Positions 1-12,800 of a DNA stretch of 64,000 bases are shown one piece after another. Position 1 is the stretch's first letter; the number at the start of each line of letters is the position of its first letter. The DNA comes from Gnetum montanum (Eukaryota; Plantae; Gnetophyta), in the NCBI GenBank assembly GCA_015680685.1, contig MNCI01002198.1:390652-454651 (forward strand), given 5' to 3'. The position numbers and the translations under genes are program-made. The notes below the pieces were generated by a model that had not been told where the DNA came from, did no database searches, and worked only from the letters and a program-made list of their open reading frames with translations.

Positions 1-1002
1 ATGGGGGCCTGAATTCGGAAGGTTTAACACTTCCGAAATCGCCTACGCAGAAAAGTCTACTATCACACCACAAATGTTAACCGTGGTGCCTTTCTCCTTA
101 TTGTGCCAGAACTGGTACGTTTCACCTAAGTACCAGGCACCGCACTTAGAGAGGACAGGCCATAAGGGAGATTCCTTGAGGTGATCCCAACAGCCTCAGA
201 AGTGAACTCTGCAAAAGATTCGAAGTTTAGCTTCATAATCACAGTAGCAAATGTGGACTTCTCATGGATAGCCTGAACACACTCCGGGGGCAATGTAAGT
301 TGTTGTCCTAATTCAGGTGCAATAGCAGCTCCTCTTTCTGCCTACCTGGACCGTCTGGTAGGAGGTTCTTCTTGATGAATGCTGAATGATTACACCTTCT
401 ATTATGCATGTTGTCTGGCAGGGACCTGTCTTCCACCTCTTTGAGGTTGTTTCACTCCACCTTGAATAGGACCTACTTGTTGTGCACGTTTCGGGGCCAT
501 CTGCAATCACACGGGCCAANCAACAAGTAGGTCCTATTCAAGGTGGAGTGAAACAACCTCAAAGAGGTGGAAGACAGGTCCCTGCCAGACAACATGCATA
601 ATAGAAGGTGTAATCATTCAGCATTCATCAAGAAGAACCTCCTACCAGACGGTCCAAGTAGGCAGAAAGAGGAGCTGCTATTGCACCTGAATTAGGACAA
701 CAACTTACATTGCCCCCGGAGTGTGTTCAGGCTATCCATGAGAAGTCCACATTTGCTACTGTGATTATGAAGCTAAACTTCGAATCTTTTGCAGAGTTCA
801 CTTCTGAGGCTGTTGGGATCACCTCAAGGAATCTCCCTTATGGCCTGTCCTCTCTAAGTGCGGTGCCTGGTACTTAGGTGAAACGTACCAGTTCTGGCAC
901 AATAAGGAGAAAGGCACCACGGTTAACATTTGTGGTGTGATAGTAGACTTTTCTGCGTAGGCGATTTCGGAAGTGTTAAACCTTCCGAATTCAGGCCCCC
1001 AT
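1..1002. repeat. Near-perfect inverted duplication (1-482 vs 521-1002) around the N at 520
   Basis: Direct reverse-complement comparison; one mismatch seen (cctacctgg vs cctacttgg). Confidence 0.9.
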
Positions 1003-3189
1003 GTTGCTCGGTTATCTACCCGATTGGACCCTGATGTGCGAAAAGATTGATTAGAGAAGGCTTATGGTAGAGATAAAGCTTTTGGTGAGCTGACGACAGA
1101 AGAGCAAGTTTATTTCAAAATCAAAACCTATCACCTCTTCCCCACAAAAGGTTTGAAAAGAATATCGACGTATGCGGCCAAGGGATGTGCAGTGTTGATG
1201 GGAAAGGTTAACGCTAACCTTCCCCATCTATATTTGACAGAGATCCTAAGGCGATTTGAAGAACATAAGTTAGGGAAGATGGCACTGCCTTTTCCTTGCC
1301 TTATCAGAAAACTGTGCTGACAGGCTGGTATTCGGGGATACACAAATGACATCCTCCGAAAGGCCCAGAATACTTCTTATGCTAAGTTATTAAAGGTGCC
1401 ANTGGCCTGTGCTAGGTCCTACTTCTTATTGTTGGCTGGGACCTATGGCTAGAGGTTAATTGGGTCCTGCAAGTTGAGTTGCAGGTGATCCAGTCATCTA
1501 TTCTTCTTCTTCATCTAGTCTCAGCTCTTTGCCAGTGCTCTTTCTTGGAGCTGGCACCTTTAATAACTTAGCATAAGAAGTATTCTGGGCCTTTCGGAGG
1601 ATGTCATTTGTGTATCCCCGAATACCAGCCTGTCAGCACAGTTTTCTGATAAGGCAAGGAAAAGGCAGTGCCATCTTCCCTAACTTCTGTTCTTCAAATC
1701 GCCTTAGGATCTCTGTCAAATATAGATGGGNCCCTTGTACTAAATGCCAAGTGATCGTACACATTGTTGTTATGGTACTTTTATAGTTGTTCACCATGGG
1801 ATGACACAATGCGATGTCACTGATTAGAAGGATGGACTTGGTCCTGATCTTGGAACGNTCCTGTGGAACATGAGGATGCGCTAGATCGATTGCTACAAAT
1901 AGGGCAAGTTCTGATGTCCTTGTTTAACATCCCTCAAGATGTCATAGTAATTCAATCAGACCTCATTCCACCAAGGGGAAGCTAGTCATATCCGAAGTAA
2001 GGGCTGAGCATGCTGAAGCTGAAGTGCAGAAACTACAAGAGCAGCTCATAGCCTTACAAGCAGCACAGCAGGATCCTCTACAATTTGTTCCTGCAAATCA
2101 GTTGGAAAATTTTAGAATCGAGCAATTAACAAAGCTAATCGCAGAAAATAAGAAGGTGGCAAAAGAAAAGGAGACAGCCACTTGGGATGCCGCCGCAGCA
2201 CAAGCACAAACTCATGCGCATCTTAAGGCAATCAAGGCCTTAGAAGAAGAGAATAAGTAGTTGGTTGTAGATAACCTCTGGTTGACTTCTGTGGAGAAAC
2301 AAAAGAATGTTCTCGATGAACATTTTCATTAGTTACGAGAACAGTTCATTCGGGTCAACCGAGATGTAAGCCGTTTAGCCAGAGAAAATCAAACCCTCTC
2401 AATGGAGGAGGTACACGCTATTCACCAAAATTAGCCATCGAGATCAACGCGTGGAAAAATGAGGCTAAACAACACGAGAAGCTGAAGGGGCATTTCTATG
2501 ATCAGGTGGGGATGTACAAAAAAATCCTAGAGAAGGAGATCCATATGGCCAAGGCTCAAATCAACAACATCAGTGCTCAGCACATTGATTAGAGGGCCAT
2601 ATTGGACACTTATGCCTTTGCCCACCAAGCAGAAGTTAAGAACCAGTACCTGTAGATCCAAGACTTGATCGAATATATGGAGTTGGCAAACCTTAGATAT
2701 GCCAACCTAGCCATGTTAACAATAGGATGCCCGAGGTCAGAGCTCGAGTAGCAGGTAGCTTCCACCCACATCAAATATGAAGCAAAATTTGCAGAGCACA
2801 AGAAGCTAGCTGAGAAATTAAATGTCACAAATTCTGAACTTGTGGTGGTAAAAGAAAGCTACCAGGGACAGAAAGATGTTGCAACCGACTTGGCTCGATG
2901 GCTAACAGAGCTTCATGAATACAATGACAAAGCTAGAGCCTATGAAGAGGAATAACGGGTGTTCGCAGCATGGTATGTCAAAGCTAATCAGATGTTCCTG
3001 CAACTACCCTGTCCACGGGAGGTGTCAACTCCGTCAAACATCAGAACATTAGCATGGATGGCACAAGATCCTTGGACCAAAGAGGAGAAGCTTCAAGCCA
3101 TTCTTCAACATCATCAACCTTCAAATCTTGGAGCACGTGATAAGGGGAAAGCACCCATGGAGGAGCCACCGCCACCAGGAACTACATGA
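521..3189 (+). pseudogene. Decayed Athila accessory (env-like) ORF: plant-transposon/Transposase_32-like domain, then a long coiled coil ending DKGKAPMEEPPPPGTT*
   Basis: Translations include ISEVLNLPNSGP, YLTEILRRF, ALPFPCLIRKLC and coiled-coil fragments (2024-2260, 2959-3189). Many in-frame stops. The start MAPKR, preceded by a ttgcag acceptor, lies in the inverted piece at about 500. Confidence 0.7.
1223..1730. repeat. Near-perfect inverted duplication (1223-1401 vs 1552-1730), each arm ending at an N
   Basis: Mirror ORFs 1131..1352(-) and 1601..1786(+) share their first 44 aa except one residue; Ns at 1402 and 1731. Confidence 0.9.
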
Positions 3190-3359
3190 GTTCCATTTTT
3201 TGTAGTGTAGCATTTTTTCTGTGTTGTGTCTTCCCACACTGCGCCATCATTTCATTTTTTGTTTTTCTAGTTAATAATCCCATACCTATCCACTGTGTAA
3301 TCAATGAAGCTTGTTCTCCTTGTAACTCAAGGACGAGTTTTTATTTAGTCATGGGAGTA

Positions 3360-4285
3360 TGATGAGACGCGATTCGCATAGGTTGCAATATCGTGTACGC
3401 GATATTGCGTCCACTGCAATATCGCATCCCCCGCGATATCGTGTACACGATATCGCGTCTTCCCTACGATATCGTGTACGCGATATTGCAGTGCACCGTA
3501 ATTTCTATAAATAAGAGGCGGCTTTCCCAGTTTTAGGTATTAGGAGTTAGAAGTAGTGAAGCTCTGGCAGTTTGACCACTCCTGTGATAGATTATTTTTT
3601 CCTGTGTCTGCCCGCAGTGTGGTGAATGTAATTGTACGGTGTCTTATTCAAGTGTGACATACTTGGACACGCACATGACCGGCAATAAAGATCGAGATTA
3701 CTTCATCATTGCAACAGTCACTTTGTTATTTATTCATTTATTTAATTGTTATATACTACTTTCTCTCTCACCCTTAAACTCCTAGAATGCGGTATGAGTA
3801 TGACTTGATTACGAGCATCTAAGGATGTATACGATTAGTCAAGGAATCAGCTACTCATCGCAACACGGAACGAGTACGACTTGATTACGAGCATTTAAGT
3901 GTGACTACTTGGTAGCCCAGTGGTGTACCTAGGATCTGTGCTTGGTAATCCTAGTGGTAGTCATGCACGAGGTCCAAGATGTGTACGGTTGATCAAGGAA
4001 TCGGTTGCTTGTCGCACTTAGCCTATATTAGATTTTCTTACCCTTTTCCTCCTAGCTTAGCTTAGTTAATATTATTTTCCACTACCTTCAGGAGTGGCAT
4101 AGATTAGGAAACACATCATACACCTCACTCTGGACTAAACCATACGTGACAAATATAATACTAGTCCAGGTGGGAAGACAGTGAACTGTGACATAAGGAT
4201 AACTGTCTAGGTGCCACAACTAGTTTGTTTGCGGAGTTCGATCGGATCGCGCGTGCTACGCTCGTTTCATATGGTTAAGTGTAGG
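3360..4285 (+). repeat. Athila-like 3' LTR, truncated just short of its CA end
   Basis: Starts TGATGAG after the PPT. Contains a GCGATATCG palindrome array (3368-3492), TATAAATA at about 3507 and internal direct repeats at 3796-4016. Matches the LTR at 54853-55681 up to atggttaagtgtagg. Confidence 0.8.
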
Positions 4286-4680
4286 AATAGGGATATTAGA
4301 AGAAGAATGATAGAATTTATTAGGCATATATCATCAAAGTACCCCACCTGACTCATAAAGTGAACTGTATCTATGTTGGTTAAATAATGAATGAAGGAAA
4401 AATCATAAACTTACTGTAAGTGGGACAACAAAATATTCATGTCAACAACCCTCTAAGAGCGCATGAATGGAATAATTGGGTGTGTTGTGACTTGTTGGAA
4501 TAAAAATACTTTCACTATAGGTATACATAAGCCATATAACAAACAACTTACATTAGGAAAATTATAAAGAAATATAATACATTAGGAAAATTATAAAAAA
4601 ATATAATGATGCTTCAAGTATGATTCAAAATAGAAACCTTTGACTTGTTGGTAATTACTTAAGTTATTTGAATATGATTT

Positions 4681-4843
4681 TGGGGATGGTGTTGAAATTT
4701 GAAATAAGTAAAACATAAGTACACCCCAAGATATATAGTCCAATTAGAACTTTATATAACTCAACATTAACAACCAAACTTGAATGCATAACCTAGAGCT
4801 TCTAGGTCAAGTGTCTTACCACTAAGCCAATGCCTCATTGTTT
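4681..4843 (-). mobile_element. tRNA-head SINE-like repeat, copy 1
   Basis: Shares gaaataagt(g/a)aaacata(g/a)gtacaccccaa...ataactcaa...accactaagc with 6135-6280 and, inverted, with 30062-30213. Confidence 0.5.
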
Positions 4844-4844
4844 A

Positions 4845-5105
4845 GGGGATGTTGAACCCTAAAAAAATGGATAATAATATTAAAAAAAAAGTTAAAGTGC
4901 ATTAGATTAGTGAAGAGAGAGTCTAAAGAAAAAGCTCAATGATTTAGGAATGCCTTTTCAAGTTTTTATCCTTACAACAAATTTTGAAAAACCTTTCCTT
5001 TGGGGTATAAAAAGGATCAAGCCTTACCCTTATTCAGAAGCATTCTCACGGGTTTTACTTTTTACTAAAGGGTTTCTTGTAAAAAGGAGAAAGGTCAAGA
5101 GAGAG
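4845..5105. repeat. Dispersed repeat, homologous in inverted orientation to 29405-29665 and 29755-29850
   Basis: aaggatcaagccttacccttattcagaagca vs tgcttttgaataagggcaaggcttgatccc; gtctaaagaaaaag vs ctttttctttagac. Confidence 0.6.
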
Positions 5106-6134
5106 AAGAAAACAATAATACATTAATTAGAGATAAAGAACAAATAGCAAAAAAAAATTGAAAGCTTTCCATCCTTGAGCCTCCAAAACAAAAAATAATT
5201 AATACCATAGAAAACAAAATTAATTGTTCAGCTTTCATTAGAAGCTTTTTTGCTTGAAGTTGTAGCTGAGAAGCAACATCTTTGAGAATCTAGTATTTGA
5301 CACCTGAAAAGAGGTCATAGTTATGCTCTTGCTGTTAGAAAAATTGTAGCACACCAAAGCTTCCACATAGAGGAGAGAAGAAGTAGTTGAAGACAATTCC
5401 AAGTATAAAAAAAATGAAGTAGACAAAGTAGGCTAATCATTGAGAATGACTTCATTGATGCTTGGTTCGAATGTTACAACTTCCAAATGTCCACTATCAA
5501 GCATATTGAGCAACATGACACAAAAAAAATATGAGAAAATGAGTCTTCACTTCTAACAAGAGGACATTGAGGAGAAACATTTCCTATAAGTTTTAGATAA
5601 GTGCTAATATGTTGAATAAGACATTATAAAAAAATACGAATTTTAGGAAATGTAGTAGCTCTCTAAATATCTTTTATTTTCCTCATCCAAAAGTGCAATG
5701 ATAATTGCATTTTCTAGGCCTTATTGAATTTGTTATGAATAAAATTATTCTTTGTAATAAACTCCTAAGCAACTTTCAAATTAAAAGGAAAAACATATCT
5801 ACTATCTTTTTAGAAAATATTTAGAAAAACCTATTGCAAATTGTTGTTAACTTTAAATAAATTCTAAAGATTAAAGATTCATTTTTTAATTTTTTTTTGC
5901 CTTTTTCTCTTCAAACCATAGAGGCTAGAAACTTCATCCTAAGTAATCCATCTATTTTGCATACGTAGACAAGAAATTGCAATGATACTAAATTTGCTTG
6001 AAGTCGTACACAATCTAGATATATTAATAACCCAAGCTCCTTCATTAAAAAGAAGCCATCATGGGCTAATTTGCTTAAGCATATCTTATGAAATTATATT
6101 GTAATTAATATCTCATTGTTCATTTGAATATAAT

Positions 6135-6375
6135 TTGAGGTATTGGAACTTGAAATAAGTGAAACATAGGTACACCCCAAAACTTATAGAAGTTTATAAC
6201 TCAATGCTTCATAGTAAAATTGAACATGTGACCTAAGGTTAACCTAAGACCTGTACCACTAAGCTAATTCATTATTTGAATATAGATACACTTAGTAAAA
6301 TCGAACCTAAGACCTAAGGTTAACCTAAGACCCATACCACTAACCTACTTCATTATTTGAATATAGATACACCTC
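6135..6375 (-). mobile_element. SINE-like repeat, copy 2, with a local tandem duplication; about 360 bp upstream of GLB3
   Basis: Same core as 4681-4843. The segments ttcattatttgaatatagatacac and gacctaaggttaacctaagacc each occur twice. Confidence 0.5.
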
Positions 6376-6739
6376 CTCAAATTAATAGCTTGCAAATCCT
6401 GGCCACGTAACGGGGTGATTGCTGGACACATCCCTCATTGGTGTGGACAAAAATTTTGCCCGGATATCGCCCAAGAATGTGTTGAAATAAAAACCAAAAG
6501 AAAACATAAAGAGCAGCCTCCTAGAGACCAAGCACAGGAATGAGGGTGCCATGCAGCTTATTGGGTGGAAGAGCAGGTGGCCAGGCTCAGCATCTGCACC
6601 TTTAATTCCTTTAATTCATTCCTGGCTTGAATTTTTTAAACTTCTCGGTTTTTTAAACTCAAAATTCTTGGCTTGAATTTGAAGCATCAGATAATCGTAC
6701 GGGGAGAGCAGGAGAGTAGGGATCTTCTGAAAATTTGAA

Positions 6740-6876
6740 ATGCAGTCGCTTCAGCAGAAGGCGTCTGAATGGAGTGGCGTGTCTGAACAGGACGCCTTCG
6801 CAATCGATGAGGTCAACCTTTATCAAAGGCTTGGCCATCAAACCTTCGTTGCCCTTTCCACAGAATTCTACAACAG
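6740..6876 (+). CDS. GLB3: GLB3 exon 1 (MQSLQQK...EFYNR), followed by a GC donor
   Basis: ATG at 6740; AACAG|gcgcgt; phase 2 matches exon 2. Confidence 0.92.
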
Positions 6877-9800
6877 GCGCGTTGTTATATTATAATTACT
6901 ATATTATAATTACCACGGCGATTTCCTTTCTTCCAATTTCCACTTTCAGTCATTACTCAAATATCGCACTTGTTCAGATCGTGTCGCAGATAACTTGGGT
7001 ATTGGCTATCTAGCATTAGTAACTCGTGTGTACATGTTTTGGCCTCTAAATTCCCCGTGAGGTCCTTGCATTTGATACTGCTGATTCCTGAAAGGAAAAT
7101 ATGATTACATGAACCTACAGCGACCAGACTCTGGGATAGCTACCTATTATAGTATTATCATATACGAATGTAGGCACCATCGTAATATTATTGCATTACT
7201 CTTGGCACGATACCGTCTGTGCCTTACTGCTTTGTTTATTTTTGTCTATATTCTTCAACTTGTTATTCTTAGCCACACATTTCTTGTCTAACTAGAATGT
7301 TATTTTCACAACAAATGACGTATCATGAATGATAATGACAAAAGTTGTTGTGTTCCTGTGGATTTTGAATCTCAATGAGTAATTTCTTTTATGTTTTGGT
7401 AAAATTCCTTTGAGTATGATGAACCTTAAGGATGCATTGTATGTTTAATTTCACCAGATACCCTGTCATCTGTAAGGGAGCCATAGTGTCGATACTTATA
7501 CGGTAAGTTGAATGTGAAGATTTTCTGTTCATTAATTGCTATGACTTTTTGATGGCTTTTTGGATACGTAAAACTGCACAAAAAGAAACATAAACAAAAA
7601 TCTCATTGTCACAAAATTTATATAATAACATTGGCTTTACTAAAAGTAGAGGTATTTCGGTGTTCGATTAACACTGTGGAGAAGGGTTGGGGCTGGACAG
7701 ATCACTGATACGTACTAACAGTGGCTTTCACTTCAATAATGGTATCAAAATATAAATATGCATGCTATAAGTTGAAGAGTGTGACTTAATGGTAAAGAGT
7801 AAAATCAAATATGTGTGTGAAAAGGAACTCGAAAGATATGAACCTAAATTAAAGTTTTGAGAAGACTCAGGTAATTTATATTGAAAACAAATTTTTTTGT
7901 CATGCCTTTTGAATGATAAGTTGCTGCCTCATAGCTTTTTGTTAGTGTAAACATTTTACTATAAATTGCACATTAGAATTAATTAAAAGGGACCACATGA
8001 CCATGTATAAACCTTGCTACAAACTTTTGGAAAATAATTGTACCCTGAAATGCTGTCAAAGAACAAACAAAGAGCAAATAATCACAACTATATTGCACTG
8101 TTATAGTCATGATTATTTTAATTACCAATCCTACAGGTATAATGCTAACTCTTACTTCTAGATTACATTCATATGAATATGAAATATGTGAACATTGTTA
8201 ATACCGTTACGTTGTTCACCTTCATGTTCATAAAGGGTTGAATTGCAAGTTTGCGTACTTTTCAATGGTTCGTTTCAAAACATTCTAGACTTCAGGAATA
8301 ATAAGTCATAAAATCAATGCCTTAAGGACATACAGAATTGTAATATATTGTATAATCAGTTCAAGTTGACAGGGTTCTATGTCCTAAGGAGATATGATGC
8401 CAAACTTAAATATGCTTTTATATTTCATTACTTCGTTAGTAACCAACATAAGGTGATACAAATAAATAAATGTTTGGTTTTTAATGCAATGGGACATAGA
8501 GCTGAAATATTGTTGGTATAATCTGAAGAATCTGAACCAATAAACAAGAAGTATGAATGCCAATGCAGAAAACCTCTTGATCATAGCTTGCCATAGGTTG
8601 CCATCTCAATTTGCAAATGGACAACAAAGATGAATACAAAATATGTCTGACATATTTCATCTCAGAAAGGATTGTGTTTTCATAAGTGATTCTAGTACTG
8701 TGAAATCATACCTTACCAGTGAACTGTAGATCTATTAGTTAGGGAAGGGCTAACACAGAAGAATGTCTAAATAACAAAATGACAGAATTTAAAATGAACA
8801 CTTAAGCATTGATCATAATTGTATGTTAATTTCTAGCATTAAAAAGATGTGAACATTCTATGAAAATGGAATCAATGCTTTATTCATAGATGCTTTATTT
8901 AGCATCTTGGACATGGATTAGCGGAAGTTGAGGAATTAATAGAATTTTCAGTGTTTTGGGAGCATGTGTGATCTATGATACTTTGGTAGGTAAGATGTTG
9001 AAAGTTTTGAGGACACTCATAGCCAACTAGATATAGTATGGCGGGTAATGCAAAAGGCTAGAGAGAGGATGATATCTATTGAATAAGGTTTGATTTCCCG
9101 AGTCTCTGAAACTAACAAGATTGTAAGCTGAAAGTTAAATGTTATGGCTGGGTCTGAACCATCCTCTTTTAAGATGGGATGCATGTTTAGGGCATCCTAG
9201 ATCATGCCCTTTGGTCTATGTTTAATATCATACAAAATTCTTGAAGGTACTTGAAATCTATTGGTTAATTAGTCAAATCGTATGTTTGACTATTTACAAC
9301 TTTTTGAATCAGAACTTTTAACTTATCAATCTTTAACCAATTGAAGAAGCTGATGCACTCATCATTGATTTAACTGTTCAGAAAAGAAAAAATAGAAGGT
9401 TCTAAATATTCCTTATGATATTTTACTGAAATACTGGCTAGTTATGGGTTGAACATCTATGACAGCAATGAGCCTAATATACATGTAAATTTGTACTTGA
9501 ACTGTTGAAGTTAATTGGTAGATGTATTGTGAGTACAGGAAATCTGGTAGCAAATACTGTGCTACAAATCGTTTAGTATAATTTCTGCTAACTTAGCTCT
9601 AAGCTCATGGGCTGTGTGTATTGTACTTTTGCATACTGTTTGACTAGGTCTCCTTATCTGTAGCTATCTTTAGGGTGATTTTCCTGTTGAGAGTTGGTTA
9701 TAGGAACAATAAAAATCATAGATGGTGAAATCATGGGACATTGTTTCTGAGGTTTTTACCTTTACATGAGCCAGTGTATTTCTAATTAGACTTCTATTGC

Positions 9801-12800
9801 CAAAGGTCCTTCGTATGGTCTTGTTTTATGCTATTTTATTTTTTATAGCTCAATTTAGTCTTCATTGGAAAGCTTTTATATACGTACTTAAACCACATTG
9901 CTGATAGGCTTTTACTTTTGTTGTTTTATGCAGGGTCTATGAAGATGACCAAGAATGGTTTCGTTCTATCTTTGGAAACTCAAGAAAAGAAGATGCTATC
10001 CAAAATCAGTATGAATTCCTTATCCAGAGAATGGGGGGGCCATCTCTGTACTCCCAACGAAAAGGTGTGCAATATAACATTCATTTTTTTTCCAAAAAAG
10101 AGAATCCATTTAGAAAAGTTAACTTATTCATCATGTTGAAAGTACAAATCTGCTAACCTGTAAGGATAGGGATTTTTCTTAGTTTTCTGTCAATTTAAGA
10201 GGAGGCCTCTTGTCACTTTTTGCTCCCAATTTAATGCATAATGGTTTTCATGTGTTTTCTCATTACTAATATTTTCTCTTTTTTTTTTTATGAGAAAATG
10301 TTTGGAATCATATTACAAAGCAGTTTGAAATAAGAACTGTACAGTCAAGATATATTTTATACACCACATGGCCACGTGGGGGTGGGGGTGGGGGGTGGTG
10401 GTGTGTAGACAGGACACCACACCACCCACCACACCACCACACCACCACACCAGAAGACCCTAAGTGTGGCCAGACCATTGGCCCTCAAAAATCTTTCAAA
10501 AACAGAACCCCAACCCAACAACCAACCACCCAAGACTCAGGGCCTCATGAACCACCCCACACATTCCCAACAGCCAGGAGACAAGACAAAAGAAGTTTAA
10601 AAAACAATCTGTGGGACCCCCAGATCCCCCCAGAGACCAGACCCACTACAAATGTGAGCAGATTTAGACAGGTGCAATTAGGAATTTCCTAATTGTGGAT
10701 ATCATTACTAATATTTTCAGTTGTGATCTGTCAGTCATTTCTCTTAGTTAATTTTACTAGATGAGCTGTTAACATATCATAGAATACATCATTATTGCAT
10801 TTAACATTCATATGATTCACCCTAATAAATTCCTTTAAACTATAGAGCATCAATGAAGAATTAAAATTACTTCTATCATCATCAACAATGGTAGATAACA
10901 ATTCAAATTCCTGCTGTTTTTTAGTGACTGTCAAAGTATTATTCTCATAATAAAAAATAACTATTATCATAGTTCCAAGGTCTACTAAGAATAATATGAG
11001 CACAATCAATAGGTCTACCGTGCTGTTCAAAATATTTGAAACATTTCCTATCCCATCATTTGGCTGCTAATCCTTCAAGTTTACTCTCAACAATGTGAAT
11101 CATGGACTCACTCGAAATTTGCTCAATGAGAAAATATTTATTCACAACTCTTAGCCATGAAAGAAAGAAATCTATATCCTCAACACCTTTGAAGATATGA
11201 ATATCAACATGAGGAACTCTTAAAGCACTTCTGAAGATTTTTACAATTCTATCACTAGCATTTTCTTTGCTAGTGTGATTGAAAGGAAATATTTGTTTGT
11301 ACCTTTGAGTTCTAGATTCTTCTCGTTTTGGAGCTCTCTGATCACTTCTTCTTCTTGCTATTTGCATAGATGTAAAAGGGGTTTCTTCTTCAATCTCTTC
11401 CTCAGGTCTTCTTGAAGTTTCTTCAAAGTCTTGGTGTCTACTAGCCAATAACCTCATAATGACTTTTTGCATTTTAGCCATAAAAGCTTTAAATGAAGCC
11501 TTGAGCCCTTCAAGTTATTGTCAAATCTCTTGATTAGTCTTCTTCTTAGGAGCCATACCTTCCATAAGTCTAAATGCAAAATCTTAAAGAAAGAAAATGA
11601 TATCCTCAAACAATTTCTTTCAATCCAAGGAAAAGACACTAGGCTTTAACATAGAAGTGCAATTTTGAAGCAATTTACTTCAAATACTAGTCCTTCTAGC
11701 AAATTGGTGCTCATATATCACAGAAGCAACTTAATCTCACAAAGATCAAAGCAATTCTTACCAATATTAGGTAATTCAAACTTTAAGTAGATGCAAATCA
11801 TACCAGCTCTTCAAAATTCTTTCAAATTTTGATGAAAATCAACAACTCTAGGTGTGGTTGCCTCCAAACCAATGCTCTACTACCAATTTGATAAGAAGCA
11901 TGCCTCAATAGACCCTAAAAGGGTGCAATTCCACCCTTTTCCAAGCAAAACTAGCTTAGAAAACAAGAATACAAGGAAATGGAGGAACTCTCCCTCTGTT
12001 AACCAAATATATCATCAATGAGTAAAGTTCCACTCAACTTTCCCAAGGATCTTAGAGGTCACACATGTCTGCTCTCAATCCCTCAATTTTGCTCACACTT
12101 AGAGCATACAAGCTCAAGACAAGATAACACTCATAGGAGACTCTTCACCTCCCTTAGCCTACAATATCTCTCCCTCAAGTGCTCTCACTCTTGTCTCTTA
12201 CTTTACCTCAGGCTCTTTTATCTTTCCTTTGGACCTTAGACATCCGTTTATAACTGCTGGAATGACTCTTGGACTTTCTTAATTGTTGGTCTTCTTTCGA
12301 AAATTCATGCACTTTTTGAAAAATCAATTTTTTCTAGACTGCAAGTGACTACAACATGCACTCCATCACACTTCCTAGCTTGCAACTTGCAATATGCTCA
12401 TACTAGTAAAACTTCCCATTTTCTGCCTATATTTCTCTCCTATGACGAATTGCTGCATGTAACCTTGGATTGTGACTGTGCTATGACTTGCAGCAGCCCA
12501 TAACTTGCTGTCCAACACAAGAAGGCAATTCTTCACTTTCTTTTGATTGCGACTGACTGCAGCTCACAATAGCCTACAACTCCTCACTGTAGACCATAAG
12601 ACCTCTGATAGGAAGGTGAAGTTGATGTAGCTACAGAATATTGGAAGACCAGATGTGCAGACAATTCCCGAGCCAGAACCTTGTTGAAGTGGAATATGTA
12701 ATGAAAGATATGGAGAATATGTTCCACATTATCCAAATGAAGCATAATGTTGAAACAATATACGGGATCGGAAGAAGTGTTGAGCAGGAAAGATGAAGAA

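Larger units (their letters stand above)
1..4285 (+). mobile_element. 3' portion of an Athila-like Ty3/gypsy LTR retrotransposon (accessory ORF, PPT, 3' LTR); the first ~1.9 kb is scrambled around single Ns
   Basis: Homologous in reverse to 55695-59420. PPT-like GGGAGTA is followed by an LTR starting TGATGAG at 3360. The same LTR family at 54853-55681 is followed by a tRNA-Asp-type PBS. Confidence 0.8.

Noticed and set aside
1-1860. Long near-perfect inverted repeats as a natural hairpin/siRNA locus or foldback element
   Set aside because: Every breakpoint coincides with a single N (520, 1402, 1731, 1858), and the pieces are consecutive parts of one Athila ORF in flipped orientation. Most likely mis-oriented contigs.
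6400-6412. G-box/ABRE-like GCCACGTA upstream of GLB3
   Set aside because: A single short motif, expected by chance.
6877-6886. Canonical GT donor at 6881 for GLB3 exon 1
   Set aside because: It gives a phase-0 junction that puts exon 2 out of frame.
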